A stretch of DNA of 64,000 bases from Promethearchaeia archaeon (GCA_029856045.1 JAHQWG010000016.1:224001-288000), one strand, 5' to 3'; positions 1 through 10,041 are shown, counted from the first letter of the stretch. Program-made: numbers and translations. Notes: generated by a model from the sequence alone, not told the origin.

Positions 1-405
1 TTAAAACAAGCATATCGTGCAGGATTATCTGTCCCTCGACCAATTTATGTTAAAAATAATGTTTTAATTATAGAATATATTGGAAAAGGTCCAACACCGG
101 CTCCATTATTGAAAAATACAAAAAAGATTAATGATCCACAAGCATTATTTAATGAGATCTATCAATTTATAAAGAGGTTATTTAAAGCTAGACTTGTTCA
201 TGGAGATTTAAGTGAATTTAATATTTTAATGCTTAAACAAAAACCCGTTGTAATCGACATTTCACAAGCTGTTTCAATAGATCATCCAAAATCTGATGAT
301 TATTTAATTCGGGATCTTAAAAATATAATAAATTTTTTCTCAAAATTTGGAATAGAAACTCCCACATTAAAAGAAGCATTCTATGATATTGTTGAAAATA
401 ATTAA
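1..405 (+). CDS. rio1: RIO1-family Ser/Thr kinase, 5'-truncated by the window edge
   Basis: Frame 1 is open from base 1 (LKQAYRAGLSVPRP...). It carries the RIO motifs LVHGDLSEFNIL and VIDISQAV and precedes a KH-domain gene, as in the conserved archaeal rio1-dim2 pair. Confidence 0.92.
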   Translation, partial: LKQAYRAGLSVPRPIYVKNNVLIIEYIGKGPTPAPLLKNTKKINDPQALFNEIYQFIKRLFKARLVHGDLSEFNILMLKQKPVVIDISQAVSIDHPKSDDYLIRDLKNIINFFSKFGIETPTLKEAFYDIVENN

Positions 406-452
406 TAGTTATAAAAAGATTTATTTTTATTAGTTAAAGAATTTGATATAAT

Positions 453-1016
453 ATGAAAATCCCTGAGGCTCGCATTCCCATCCTTATTGGACATAACGGA
501 GAAATTAAAAAGGAAATAGAAAATTTAACAGGTACGAAATTAAATATTGATAGTAAGACGGGAGAAGTTGATATAATTCAAAATTTTGATCCAAATGATG
601 AAAATTATAATCCTCTTAATTTTTTATTAACTGAAAAAATAGTCTCCGCAATAGGTCGAGGGTTTAATCCTAAAAAGGCTTTAAAATTAATAAAAGAAGA
701 TGTATTCTTAGAAGTAATAAATTTGGAGGAGAAAATTGGTAAATCTCCAAAAAAACTTAAACGTATGAAAGGTAGAATTATTGGTCGAAATGGAGAAATG
801 AGAAAATCAATTGAAAAATTTTCTGGTGCATCAATGTCCGTTTATGGGAGAACAGTGAGTTTAATTGGAGGATTTGAAGAAGTTAAAATTGCTAGAAAAG
901 CACTCTCAATGATAATCTCTGGAGCTCCACTAAATGTAGTGTTAAGCTTTCTAGAAAAGAAATATAGGGAGTTGAAAAAAGAAGAATTTCGCAAAATATA
1001 TAAACCCGAATTTTAG
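453..1016 (+). CDS. KH-domain pre-rRNA processing protein (Dim2/Pno1/Krr1 family)
   Basis: Two KH GxxG loops (LIGHNG, IIGRNG) and an AIGRGF motif; adjacent to RIO1. Confidence 0.9.
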   Translation: MKIPEARIPILIGHNGEIKKEIENLTGTKLNIDSKTGEVDIIQNFDPNDENYNPLNFLLTEKIVSAIGRGFNPKKALKLIKEDVFLEVINLEEKIGKSPKKLKRMKGRIIGRNGEMRKSIEKFSGASMSVYGRTVSLIGGFEEVKIARKALSMIISGAPLNVVLSFLEKKYRELKKEEFRKIYKPEF

Positions 1017-1022
1017 TGAGTT

Positions 1023-1394
1023 TTATAAAAATCCTTTTAAATCTTTTTGAGACGCATAACTTAATATATCAATGCCACAGAATATTTTCTTTAAATTTTT
1101 TAATAAATCCTCTCCGTTCTCAATTTCTTTAATTGAATAAAGTTCAATAAATTTCTCTTTACACTCCTCAATATTAAATGTTCTTTCATAAGAATAAATT
1201 GAGAAATTATTATTATTGTATTTTTTGTGAATAACAATTAAACGAGGATAAATTTTATCTTGCTCTTCTAAAAACAATGTATATCCCTCTAAAAAGAATT
1301 CTTTTTTTATTTTGAAAATATAATTCCAAATACTTAAATTAGATATGATATATTCAATTTCAGCTTGAATATTATCACTATTTTCCGTATCCAT
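1023..1394 (-). CDS. hypothetical protein
   Basis: 123-aa ORF filling the gap with host-like codon usage; no motif recognised. Confidence 0.6.
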   Translation of the reverse strand: MDTENSDNIQAEIEYIISNLSIWNYIFKIKKEFFLEGYTLFLEEQDKIYPRLIVIHKKYNNNNFSIYSYERTFNIEECKEKFIELYSIKEIENGEDLLKNLKKIFCGIDILSYASQKDLKGFL

Positions 1395-1494
1395 ACATTA
1401 GAACTATAAAAAGAACAATATTTAAACTCAACAAAAATATTTTATGAAGAATAATTCTTATTTTTAAGAATTATTAAATTAAAAATTGATTGAT

Positions 1495-2601
1495 TTATTC
1501 AGTAGAAACTTCATTTAATTTAAACATTGCATCACTTAGTGTAGGTCGTGATCTAGGAATTTTAGGATCCAATATAGCTGGTCTTGGATTATAACCAGTT
1601 CCTGTTATTTGAGGTGATTTAATACCAGTTAGTAATAACATAACTCGAATATATCCTTCAAGATCATCTGCAATCCGAGCTCCCCAAATTACTAACGCAT
1701 CTTTTGAATCCATTTTTTCTGAAATTATTTCAGCAACTTTATTTACTTCCCCTAATGTCATATCGGGACCACCACTTACATGTATTAATGCCCCTTTTGC
1801 ACCTTGAATATCCAAATCTAATAAGGGGGAATTTAATGCATCGTTAATCGCTTCATCAACTCTGTTTTCAGGATTATTTGATTCTCCTACCCCCACTATG
1901 GTTACACCACCAGCACACAATATAGTTCTAACATCTGCGAAATCTAAATTAATCAAAGACGGTAATGAAATAGTCTCCGTAATTCCTTTTACGATCGTAG
2001 CTAAAACCTCATCCGCAACGCTAAATGCCTCTAGTAAAGGTAAATCTGGAGCGATTTCTAATAAATTATTATTATCAATAACGATTAAAGTATCTACATA
2101 TTGTCTTAATATGTTAAGTCCCTTTAGGGCTTTTTCCATTCTTCCTCTTTCAGATTTAAATGGTAAAGTGACAACACTAACTACAATTGCTCCTTCTAAC
2201 TTTGCAATTTCTGCAATTACAGGAGCACTTCCAGTTCCTGTTCCACCACCCTCCCCACAGGCAATAAAAACGAGATCTGAATCTCTTAATGCATGAGTTA
2301 ATTCTTTTCTTGATTCCTCCGCAGCTGCTTTTCCTATTGATGGATTTCCCCCAGCACCCAACCCTCTCGTTAAATTTCTGCCAATTAATATTTTTTGATG
2401 AGAATCTACCGCGTCTAGATGTTGTTTATCGGTGTTAATTGTTATACATGAAGCGCCCCTAATCCCAATTTTCATAAGACGATGTATTGTATTATTTCCA
2501 GCCCCTCCAGTGCCTATAATCTTTATATTGGCTGAACATAGTGTTTGAGCTTTAGGTTTTACCAATTCTCTCTTTTTTGCTGCTTTAATGAAACTTTCCA
2601 T
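1495..2601 (-). CDS. ftsZ: cell division protein FtsZ
   Basis: GTGGAGNN, GLGAGG, tubulin signature GGGTGTG and T7 loop INLDFADV. The ATG at 2601 is preferred over the upstream TTG at 2646. Confidence 0.96.
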   Translation of the reverse strand: MESFIKAAKKRELVKPKAQTLCSANIKIIGTGGAGNNTIHRLMKIGIRGASCITINTDKQHLDAVDSHQKILIGRNLTRGLGAGGNPSIGKAAAEESRKELTHALRDSDLVFIACGEGGGTGTGSAPVIAEIAKLEGAIVVSVVTLPFKSERGRMEKALKGLNILRQYVDTLIVIDNNNLLEIAPDLPLLEAFSVADEVLATIVKGITETISLPSLINLDFADVRTILCAGGVTIVGVGESNNPENRVDEAINDALNSPLLDLDIQGAKGALIHVSGGPDMTLGEVNKVAEIISEKMDSKDALVIWGARIADDLEGYIRVMLLLTGIKSPQITGTGYNPRPAILDPKIPRSRPTLSDAMFKLNEVSTE

Positions 2602-2690
2602 AAAAAATTCACTTAATATTATATATCTGGTTATAAAAAAAATCAAAAAACAAAAATTTGAAATAATATATTACGTGGATGGTACCAGAA

Positions 2691-3911
2691 TTAAAGTGAA
2701 AAGTCTTGGTGTTTTGTGGGATTAAATATTGTTTTATATTCTTTACCTTTAACTAGTAAAATAGGAGGTAATTTATATGGAAATCTATTAGAAAACGTCA
2801 AACAATAAGCACCTACATTAGAAATAAGAACTTTATCTCCAATCTTTAAAGTAGGAGTAAAATAATAATCTTTTGCTAGGACATCTTGATCAGAAGGAAT
2901 TATACCCGCGATAGATGTTTTAACATTATAAGATTCGTTTAAATTATTCAAATTATAAAACCTTAAATTGCAACGTGCAAATTTAGGAACTATATGATTT
3001 CCTATATTAAGAAAAATCCATCTATTATCAGTAATATTTATTATTTTAGAAATTATAATACCTGCATCACCAACTAGAAAGCGTCCTGGCTCAAAATAAA
3101 CGTTTAAATGAGAAAAATTAAATTCTTGTAATATTTTCTTTACACTTAGTGCAAAATCTTCAAGTCTTTCCTTTTTAAATACGACAGCTTCAGGAAACCC
3201 TCCACCAAAATTTATGTTTTTTATATCAATAAGGAATTTTTTTCGTAATTTCTTTAAACTTGTTAATAAAGAAATACAATTTTTTTTCAAGAGATCGATA
3301 CTATTCATCTGAGTACTAAAATGAGAAAGAACTGTTGTTAATTCTATATTTTTGCACTCAGATAAAATTAGATATAATTTTTCTATTGTACTTTCATTAA
3401 TTTCAACACCTAAACGTGCATCATATTTCCCCGAATTGATTCTTAAACATATTTTTTGAGTTTTATTACAACTCTTTGCAAGTTCATTAATTCTTTTTAT
3501 ATCTGAGAGACTATAGGCTATAATTTCTTTTATATTATTCTCTAGACATTTTAAAATTAACTGATCGGTTAAATATACCCCCCCTACAATTATTTTGTTA
3601 GGAGAAAAATTAAGATTTAATGCTAATTCTAATTCAGGTAGACTAATAATTTCAGCGCCAAAATTTCCCTCTTTAATAATTCTACAAATTTCATGCAAGT
3701 AATTTGCTTTAAATGAATAAAACCCTTCATATCTTTCAAAATGTGAAGAAAATACATCATTAAAACTTTTTATATTATCTTTAATCCGGTTTTCTAAAAA
3801 CACAAAATAAGGTGTCCTAAAATCTTTTTTCAAAATAGAGTATTCTAATTCATCAAAATAAAATTTACCTTGATCTTTCTTTAAATACGGATTTCCAGCT
3901 ATAGTTTTCAT
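2691..3911 (-). CDS. fold-type III PLP-dependent decarboxylase (LysA/MccE-like)
   Basis: PLP lysine motif YSFKANY, plus NFGGGFP, EPGRFLV and VGAY. Confidence 0.85.
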   Translation of the reverse strand: MKTIAGNPYLKKDQGKFYFDELEYSILKKDFRTPYFVFLENRIKDNIKSFNDVFSSHFERYEGFYSFKANYLHEICRIIKEGNFGAEIISLPELELALNLNFSPNKIIVGGVYLTDQLILKCLENNIKEIIAYSLSDIKRINELAKSCNKTQKICLRINSGKYDARLGVEINESTIEKLYLILSECKNIELTTVLSHFSTQMNSIDLLKKNCISLLTSLKKLRKKFLIDIKNINFGGGFPEAVVFKKERLEDFALSVKKILQEFNFSHLNVYFEPGRFLVGDAGIIISKIINITDNRWIFLNIGNHIVPKFARCNLRFYNLNNLNESYNVKTSIAGIIPSDQDVLAKDYYFTPTLKIGDKVLISNVGAYCLTFSNRFPYKLPPILLVKGKEYKTIFNPTKHQDFSL

Positions 3912-3936
3912 AATCTCATTTTCATTAAAAATTATT

Positions 3937-5211
3937 TTATTCGATTAATTTATTATAGATTTTAAATATTTTTTCAGATACATGACTCCATAAATACTTC
4001 TTATCCTTTATTTTCTGATATCCTGCTTTGCCAATTTGTCTAGCATATTTTTTATTTTTCAAAAGATATAATATTTTACTGCAAATTTCTTCAGTATTAT
4101 CAAATTCTACTAATAACCCATTTTTTCCATTATCAATAACCTCTGGAGTGCTTCCAATATTGGCACCTATAACAGGTTTCTTGAATACCCAAGCTTCTAA
4201 AAATGATATGCCAAAAGCATCTGAGCGGGAAGGCATAACATAGATATCACATTCTCTAAATGCAGATATTTTTTTTGTATCAAAATAACCTTTCAAATTT
4301 GAAGGTGTCAAATTAACGATAAATTTATTTTTAAGTTTTTTAACCTTTTTTAACTCTCTATTAAAAGCCTCAGTGCTGGGACCAATAAATGTAAAAATTA
4401 TATTTTTCTTTTTTTTTAAAATTAATGGAATTGCTTTAAGAAGAGAGATTGCTCCTTTTTCAAAATTTTTATTCCCGCAAAAAAAAATCATTGGAAATTT
4501 TTGTTGGTTATTACCAAAAAAAGTCCTTTTAAAATTAATTTTTTTACACTTTTCATAATATTTCAAATCTATACCCATAGGAACAACTTCAATTTTATCC
4601 GATTTTATCCTCTTTTCTATTAAATACTTTCTTTCTAAATAAGTGCAGCAAATAATCAAATCAAATTTCTTTAGAAGTTCAATAAAATTTGAATTTTGAT
4701 ATCTAGGATTTTTAAAGTGAAAAAATGGAGTGCATATTGTTGGAATACTCCACATTTTACCCAAAATAAGACTTAATACAATATTAGAATATGGAAAATA
4801 AGTAGTGTGTATCAATTCATAATAATATTTAATTTCGTTTTCACAAAAATCTAAAACTTGGCAAATATTAGGACCATTATTAAGAAAAGTTTTCAATACA
4901 TCTCGAGAGATGTTTAAATCTTGATAATATTTGTTCTTCTCTATGATGTCGATTTGTTTTTCGATTATTAAATCATAAGTAATAGGAAAACGCTTAATCT
5001 TCAAACCATTTATGTTGTTATAATCTCGATTATTTCGAGATATTTTCTTTCCTTTTGGATTTTTTAAAGCTGAAAAATCAAGAGCATCTGAACATAATAT
5101 ATCGATTTCACAACCGAAATTTTTAATTAAAATCTCAGAAATCCTTTTAAAGTATAATTCTGCACCTGAAATCGCCGGAAAATATCTCGTTGGCAAATGT
5201 AAAACACGCAC
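3937..5211 (-). CDS. GT4 (GT-B fold) glycosyltransferase
   Basis: N-terminal YFPAISGAE and C-terminal PSRSDAFGISFLEAW...KPVIG...NGLLV. Confidence 0.9.
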   Translation of the reverse strand: MRVLHLPTRYFPAISGAELYFKRISEILIKNFGCEIDILCSDALDFSALKNPKGKKISRNNRDYNNINGLKIKRFPITYDLIIEKQIDIIEKNKYYQDLNISRDVLKTFLNNGPNICQVLDFCENEIKYYYELIHTTYFPYSNIVLSLILGKMWSIPTICTPFFHFKNPRYQNSNFIELLKKFDLIICCTYLERKYLIEKRIKSDKIEVVPMGIDLKYYEKCKKINFKRTFFGNNQQKFPMIFFCGNKNFEKGAISLLKAIPLILKKKKNIIFTFIGPSTEAFNRELKKVKKLKNKFIVNLTPSNLKGYFDTKKISAFRECDIYVMPSRSDAFGISFLEAWVFKKPVIGANIGSTPEVIDNGKNGLLVEFDNTEEICSKILYLLKNKKYARQIGKAGYQKIKDKKYLWSHVSEKIFKIYNKLIE

Positions 5212-5331
5212 TATTAATAAACATCCGCAATTTTTAATAATCTGATTAATAATTAATTTTCTTTCTTGAGATTAAAATTTATTTTACTAAAAAACTATGG
5301 ACTTTTTAAGACTTTTTAAAATTAAAATGTT

Positions 5332-7128
5332 GTGAAAGCAAAAAAACTTGGATCAGATGAGATAATTCAAGCAGAAAGTTTGAAGTTTGCAAAATATTTA
5401 TCGAACAATATGAATCAAGAACAAATAAATCATACTATAAGAGATTCCCCATTCCAAGAGTTTAAATCATTACCAAAATTATTTAAAGATAAATCAAATC
5501 ATCCTAATAATACGATCCTTCGAATTTATTCTATACTTTTATCTTCCTTCAAAAATTCTTCGTTTAAAATTATACAATTTCCTTTTATTAAAACCCCATC
5601 TTTCATTTTTATTATTCATGGCAAGATTTTCCATAAAAACAGGATAATATTTAGAGCTTTTGGAAAAGGATTAACAATTGCGTTATCAATGGCTAGTCTT
5701 TACGGAGAATTTATTGAAAGAATTCAAGCAGGGTTTTTTTTTTCCCAAAATCCTTACAAACCTCGGGTTATCCCTTATTATGAACCAAGTAATTCTAAAA
5801 TAATTACAGAGCAAATGAAAAAACTCAATTTTCAAGATTTTTTACCTCTTTTTAAAGAAAAATGCTATCCATTTGTAGAGAAATTACTACCTTCTGAAAA
5901 AGAATTATTATATTACTGCCCTTATCAAGATTTAACCTCTAAAAAAATTACCTGGATAATGACTAGGGTGAATAGATTCACTACTGGATTTGCAAGCGGA
6001 AATTCCTACGAGGAAGCACTTGTACAAGCATTTTGTGAAATTATTGAACGTTATTCTTCATTTATGGTTTTAAAAAATCAAATTAAATTGCCAACAATTC
6101 CTAACCATAAATTATCTTCACAGATTCAAAATATCATTAAAAAATTCGAGCAAGAAGGCATACAGATTATAATTAAAGATGCTTCTCTTGATTTGAATAT
6201 TCCTTCCGTTGCAGTATTATTTATTTTTGAAAAAAGAAAATCAAAAAGATTCTTAATTACTTTTGGCGTCGCTTCTTCTCTAGATGTTGCAGTAGAACGA
6301 TGCCTCGGCGAAGCTGAACAAGATGCAAATAGTATAACAACACGTAGTATATTTAATCACCAATATTGTCGTTCAATTATTAACCTATACAACACATTTC
6401 CGCATTTAAAGAAGATTTTACCTCTTAGGGATTATTTTGGTGAATCTTACGCACAAAATAACTTTTACCCTTCTGAATATGTAGAATTTTTAAAAGAGGA
6501 TTATGGAGCCCCTGAATATGAAGAATTTTATAAAATTGATTTATTGGATGAAATTAATTATATTTTTCATTTCCTAGGTAAAAAGGGTTATCGAATTTAC
6601 ATGAAAGATTGTAACTGGTTAGGTTTTCCTTGCATAAAACTTTTTATACCAGAATTAAATGTTGGTTACGGCCAATTGATTAAATATTCTAATTTTAAGT
6701 TCGAGAAATTTAAACAGAAATTATTAACTAACTTTTCTGATATTACTAAGGATGATTTAAAAATTTTGGATACTCCTGAATTCATCTTATTGCTTTCTCA
6801 TTTAAAAACTTTAAATAGTTTTTTTCAGATTGATTGTGAAAGTTTAGAGCGATATAGTTCGTGGAAGTTTTTTGGACTATTGGCATTTGCACTAAATCGT
6901 GAAAAATTAGCAATAAAATATCTCAAACAGGTTGCACTTTCAGTTCCAAAATCTAAAAATAAAAAGGAAATACTTTCTGAATTAGGAATAATTCTTCCAA
7001 ATTGCCAACAAAAATCATGTGAATCTTGTAGATTTAAAAGAGAATGCAAATTTCCTATTCTAAAAGATTTTGAATCAACGGTTGTAAAGGAATTTCCAAA
7101 TCATTTACGCAGATTAGAAGAAATATAG
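5332..7128 (+). CDS. YcaO-family ATP-dependent backbone-modifying enzyme with C-terminal Cys cluster
   Basis: YcaO motifs GKG..ASLYGEFIER, TTGFASGNSYEEALVQAFCEIIER and ERCLGEAEQ; C-terminal CQQKSCESCRFKREC. The start codon is uncertain. Confidence 0.88.
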   Translation: MKAKKLGSDEIIQAESLKFAKYLSNNMNQEQINHTIRDSPFQEFKSLPKLFKDKSNHPNNTILRIYSILLSSFKNSSFKIIQFPFIKTPSFIFIIHGKIFHKNRIIFRAFGKGLTIALSMASLYGEFIERIQAGFFFSQNPYKPRVIPYYEPSNSKIITEQMKKLNFQDFLPLFKEKCYPFVEKLLPSEKELLYYCPYQDLTSKKITWIMTRVNRFTTGFASGNSYEEALVQAFCEIIERYSSFMVLKNQIKLPTIPNHKLSSQIQNIIKKFEQEGIQIIIKDASLDLNIPSVAVLFIFEKRKSKRFLITFGVASSLDVAVERCLGEAEQDANSITTRSIFNHQYCRSIINLYNTFPHLKKILPLRDYFGESYAQNNFYPSEYVEFLKEDYGAPEYEEFYKIDLLDEINYIFHFLGKKGYRIYMKDCNWLGFPCIKLFIPELNVGYGQLIKYSNFKFEKFKQKLLTNFSDITKDDLKILDTPEFILLLSHLKTLNSFFQIDCESLERYSSWKFFGLLAFALNREKLAIKYLKQVALSVPKSKNKKEILSELGIILPNCQQKSCESCRFKRECKFPILKDFESTVVKEFPNHLRRLEEI

Positions 7129-7159
7129 TTGGAGAAGCAATCTTAAAATTTCAATAATT

Positions 7160-7591
7160 ATGAAAAAATTTTTAAATTTTATCTACCCGATATTTTTAAT
7201 GAGATATACTTTTAATTCCCTTTTAAAAAAAATTGAAGAAAAGAGTGAATTAACGGCGGATATAATAGAGGAATTAAAAGAACTTTTTCCAGATAAAATC
7301 GAAAAAACCTTAGAAATTTTGAAAAAAGGAATAATCCAATATACTTTTTCCCCTTCGGGAAGAAAAATATGGGCAGTAGTTGGTAGTAAAAATGATTTAC
7401 ATCTCATTTATCCTAGTTTATATTGCGACTGCATCGATTTCTACAAGAGTGTAGTTATAACTAGAAGAAATACTTTATGTAAACACATCTTAGCACAATT
7501 AATCTCCTTCAGTTTGAAAAATTTTGAGTTAGTTTCTTTAAATGATAAGGATTTCAGTAAATTTTTAAAACAATTTAAAGTTAAGATTTAA
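7160..7591 (+). CDS. SWIM zinc-finger protein
   Basis: YCDCIDF...LCKH SWIM pattern. Confidence 0.8.
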   Translation: MKKFLNFIYPIFLMRYTFNSLLKKIEEKSELTADIIEELKELFPDKIEKTLEILKKGIIQYTFSPSGRKIWAVVGSKNDLHLIYPSLYCDCIDFYKSVVITRRNTLCKHILAQLISFSLKNFELVSLNDKDFSKFLKQFKVKI

Positions 7592-8223
7592 ATCTCTAAT
7601 ATCTCTGCTTCCTTTATTGATTTATTAATTAATGATAAAATTGGAATATTTTTTTCTGATTCCTCAATTACTGGAACTTTGGCATGGGTTTCGGGGAATT
7701 CTGGAAAATATGTGCAAAAATCTGATTTCTCTGAGCAAATTTCATATAAACCTATCTTTCTACTAATTTTCATTACTTCTAATTTATCAAAACCAATTAG
7801 TGGTCTTAAAATAGTAGTGTTTCTCACTATTGATTGATAAGAAAAAATATTATCAAGGGTTTGACTCGCTTGTTCTCCTAAAATATCACCCGTAACTAGT
7901 AAGTTTGTTCCTTCTATTTGACCAATCTTAGAACCTACTCGATACATAAATCGTTTGCATAAAATACATGTGAGTTTTCTTTCACAATTTTCTTTAAATA
8001 ATATTAAATTTGAATTTTGATCAATAAAATAGACTTTTAAATTTTTTTCGATATAAGTGGAAAGGATTTTGACAATTTTAAGTATTTTTTCTTTAAATTT
8101 ATCAATATTTTCATAATTTGTAATAAATGAAACACAAACTGGGAGAAAGCCTTGTTTTATCATCAAATAGGTTGCAACAGGAGAATCAAATCCTCCGGAG
8201 ATTAAACTGATAATTTTTTTCAT
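7588..8223 (-). CDS. ThiI-like sulfurtransferase, PP-loop domain only (no THUMP domain)
   Basis: SGGFDS PP-loop, TCILCKR, TGDILGEQASQTL and RPLIGFDK. Confidence 0.85.
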   Translation of the reverse strand: MKKIISLISGGFDSPVATYLMIKQGFLPVCVSFITNYENIDKFKEKILKIVKILSTYIEKNLKVYFIDQNSNLILFKENCERKLTCILCKRFMYRVGSKIGQIEGTNLLVTGDILGEQASQTLDNIFSYQSIVRNTTILRPLIGFDKLEVMKISRKIGLYEICSEKSDFCTYFPEFPETHAKVPVIEESEKNIPILSLINKSIKEAEILEI

Positions 8224-8825
8224 ACTCTAATTTCAACCCTTTCCCATTGTTTTAGATATTTATTGAAATTTATGTTTGAAATTTTCCTAAATATTTTAAT
8301 CTTATTTGAACTCTCTAATTCTTTTAATTTTAACATAATACTCTTGTTTCTATTTAGATGTTCTTGTGCATATATATATTCGTGAGGAAAGATTTTTTTA
8401 ATTTGCTCAAAATCAATATTGCATAAATTATCATAGTTTTCAATGACCCATTTACATAAAGGATCTATGCTAATTTTAAAATTAAACGCATCTTCTTGCT
8501 TAATCGCCAATGGATATGCCCGACACGTCAAAGGTTTTACATCATGGACTTGGCATTTATTATCAATATGAAAGGGACATTGCTTTCTTTCATTATCTAA
8601 CCTAATTCTCCATGTAACCACTAAAATTTTTTGATTTTTTTCATCAGGAAAAACTAAATCTTCAATTATCTTAAAAGAAGCATTATTCTTTTTTGCAATT
8701 TCAATTAATTTATCTGCTTCATCTGGATAAAGTGGAATCCTTTTATAAGTAGGATATTCGATTATCCCAGGTACCTCTGAGCAACAAGTACCGCAATTTT
8801 TGCATCTATACTTTAACTCTTTCAT
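8220..8825 (-). CDS. YkgJ-family Cys-cluster (putative Zn/Fe-chelating) protein
   Basis: CKNCGTCC, CPF....C.VH..KP.TCRAYP. Confidence 0.85.
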   Translation of the reverse strand: MKELKYRCKNCGTCCSEVPGIIEYPTYKRIPLYPDEADKLIEIAKKNNASFKIIEDLVFPDEKNQKILVVTWRIRLDNERKQCPFHIDNKCQVHDVKPLTCRAYPLAIKQEDAFNFKISIDPLCKWVIENYDNLCNIDFEQIKKIFPHEYIYAQEHLNRNKSIMLKLKELESSNKIKIFRKISNINFNKYLKQWERVEIRV

Positions 8826-8996
8826 TAAATATCATCTTAGAAACATTATTTTGCATACTTAAATATTATGTTGGTATTTTTGTAAAGTTATTTTAAATCT
8901 TATCTGAATACTCTCTTCGATATTACATCATTTAAATAAGAATAGTTATAGCATTAATTTTAGATAGAATCGTTTTTTTAAAGGTAAAATAAAAAT

Positions 8997-9803
8997 ATGA
9001 GAGATTTTAGAATTATTCAGCATATCAACCTCTCACTGGATTCATTAAAAGATCCTATTTGTCTCCTCGGTATGCCTGGCATAGCCGATGTAGGCAAGTT
9101 CGCAATCGATCAAATCATTGGTCTCTTAAAGGCAAAACCATATTTAGAAATTATATTTAATGATTATCCAGCAGGAGCTATCGTTGATGATAGTATATTA
9201 TCTGCCCCTAAAGCAGAAATAATGTTTTGGAAGGATCCAAACAATATAAGAGATCTTTTGTTAATTACTGCTGATTCCCAAGCACTTAATCCCAAGGGAA
9301 TTTATAAAATATCAGATTTTATAGCAAGTCTAATGTATAAATTTAGAATAAAATTAATAATTTCTCTCGGAGCTTTTCCAACTAATAGTCCATCAAAATC
9401 TCCTTCGATATTTTTTAGTACAACAAATAAAGATTTTATTGATCAATTTATCAAGGACGGAAAATGTAAAAAGATTAAAAAAGGAGTTATCGTTGGAGCG
9501 AATGGTTTAATTCCCACATTAGTAAAAGCCAGATTTAATATTGATGGAATTGTATTTTTAGCAGAAACCGATAATATTGCGGTAATTAATGATGAGATTA
9601 CAGACTTGAAGGCGTCTATTACTTTAATTAATTTATTAAAAGATAACTTTAATTTACCAATTGAAAGAAAATATACATTAGAAAAAATTGATGAGATTAC
9701 TAAAAATCTACAAATCAAGAAAGAGAAATTAGAGCGTGATTTAGATAATTTCCACCTAATGGATAAAAATTCCGAAGAAAAAAGGAAATCATTATATATT
9801 TAA
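8997..9803 (+). CDS. PAC2-family proteasome assembly chaperone
   Basis: LGMPGIADVGK, ISLGAF, IVGANGLI and a C-terminal HbYX tail (LYI). Confidence 0.85.
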   Translation: MRDFRIIQHINLSLDSLKDPICLLGMPGIADVGKFAIDQIIGLLKAKPYLEIIFNDYPAGAIVDDSILSAPKAEIMFWKDPNNIRDLLLITADSQALNPKGIYKISDFIASLMYKFRIKLIISLGAFPTNSPSKSPSIFFSTTNKDFIDQFIKDGKCKKIKKGVIVGANGLIPTLVKARFNIDGIVFLAETDNIAVINDEITDLKASITLINLLKDNFNLPIERKYTLEKIDEITKNLQIKKEKLERDLDNFHLMDKNSEEKRKSLYI

Positions 9804-9879
9804 AATATTTATAGAATTTCTTATTTCTAAATCCAATAGAGTAAAATTTTTTAATAATAAATTATTATTGAATTTAGTT

Positions 9880-10026
9880 ATGTATTATTGTGCAAGAAAA
9901 GGTTGCAATAAAGAAGTTACTCCTGATGAATTAAAGGCATTGCCTGGCATTAAATGTTCTCACTGTGGATATAGAATCCTTTATAAAAAAAGACCTGGGG
10001 TAATTAAACGAATCAAGGCTAATTAA
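9880..10026 (+). CDS. rpoP: RNA polymerase subunit Rpo12 (RpoP); absent from the ORF track
   Basis: Translated by hand as MYYCARKGCNKEVTPDELKALPGIKCSHCGYRILYKKRPGVIKRIKAN*, with the CxxCGYRILYKxR signature. An in-frame TTG at 9868 is an alternative start. Confidence 0.93.
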   Translation: MYYCARKGCNKEVTPDELKALPGIKCSHCGYRILYKKRPGVIKRIKAN

Positions 10027-10041
10027 AAATATTAGGATGAT

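Noticed and set aside
5212-7160. RiPP biosynthetic cluster around YcaO
   Set aside because: No plausible precursor peptide, protease, transporter or E1/TfuA partner is nearby.
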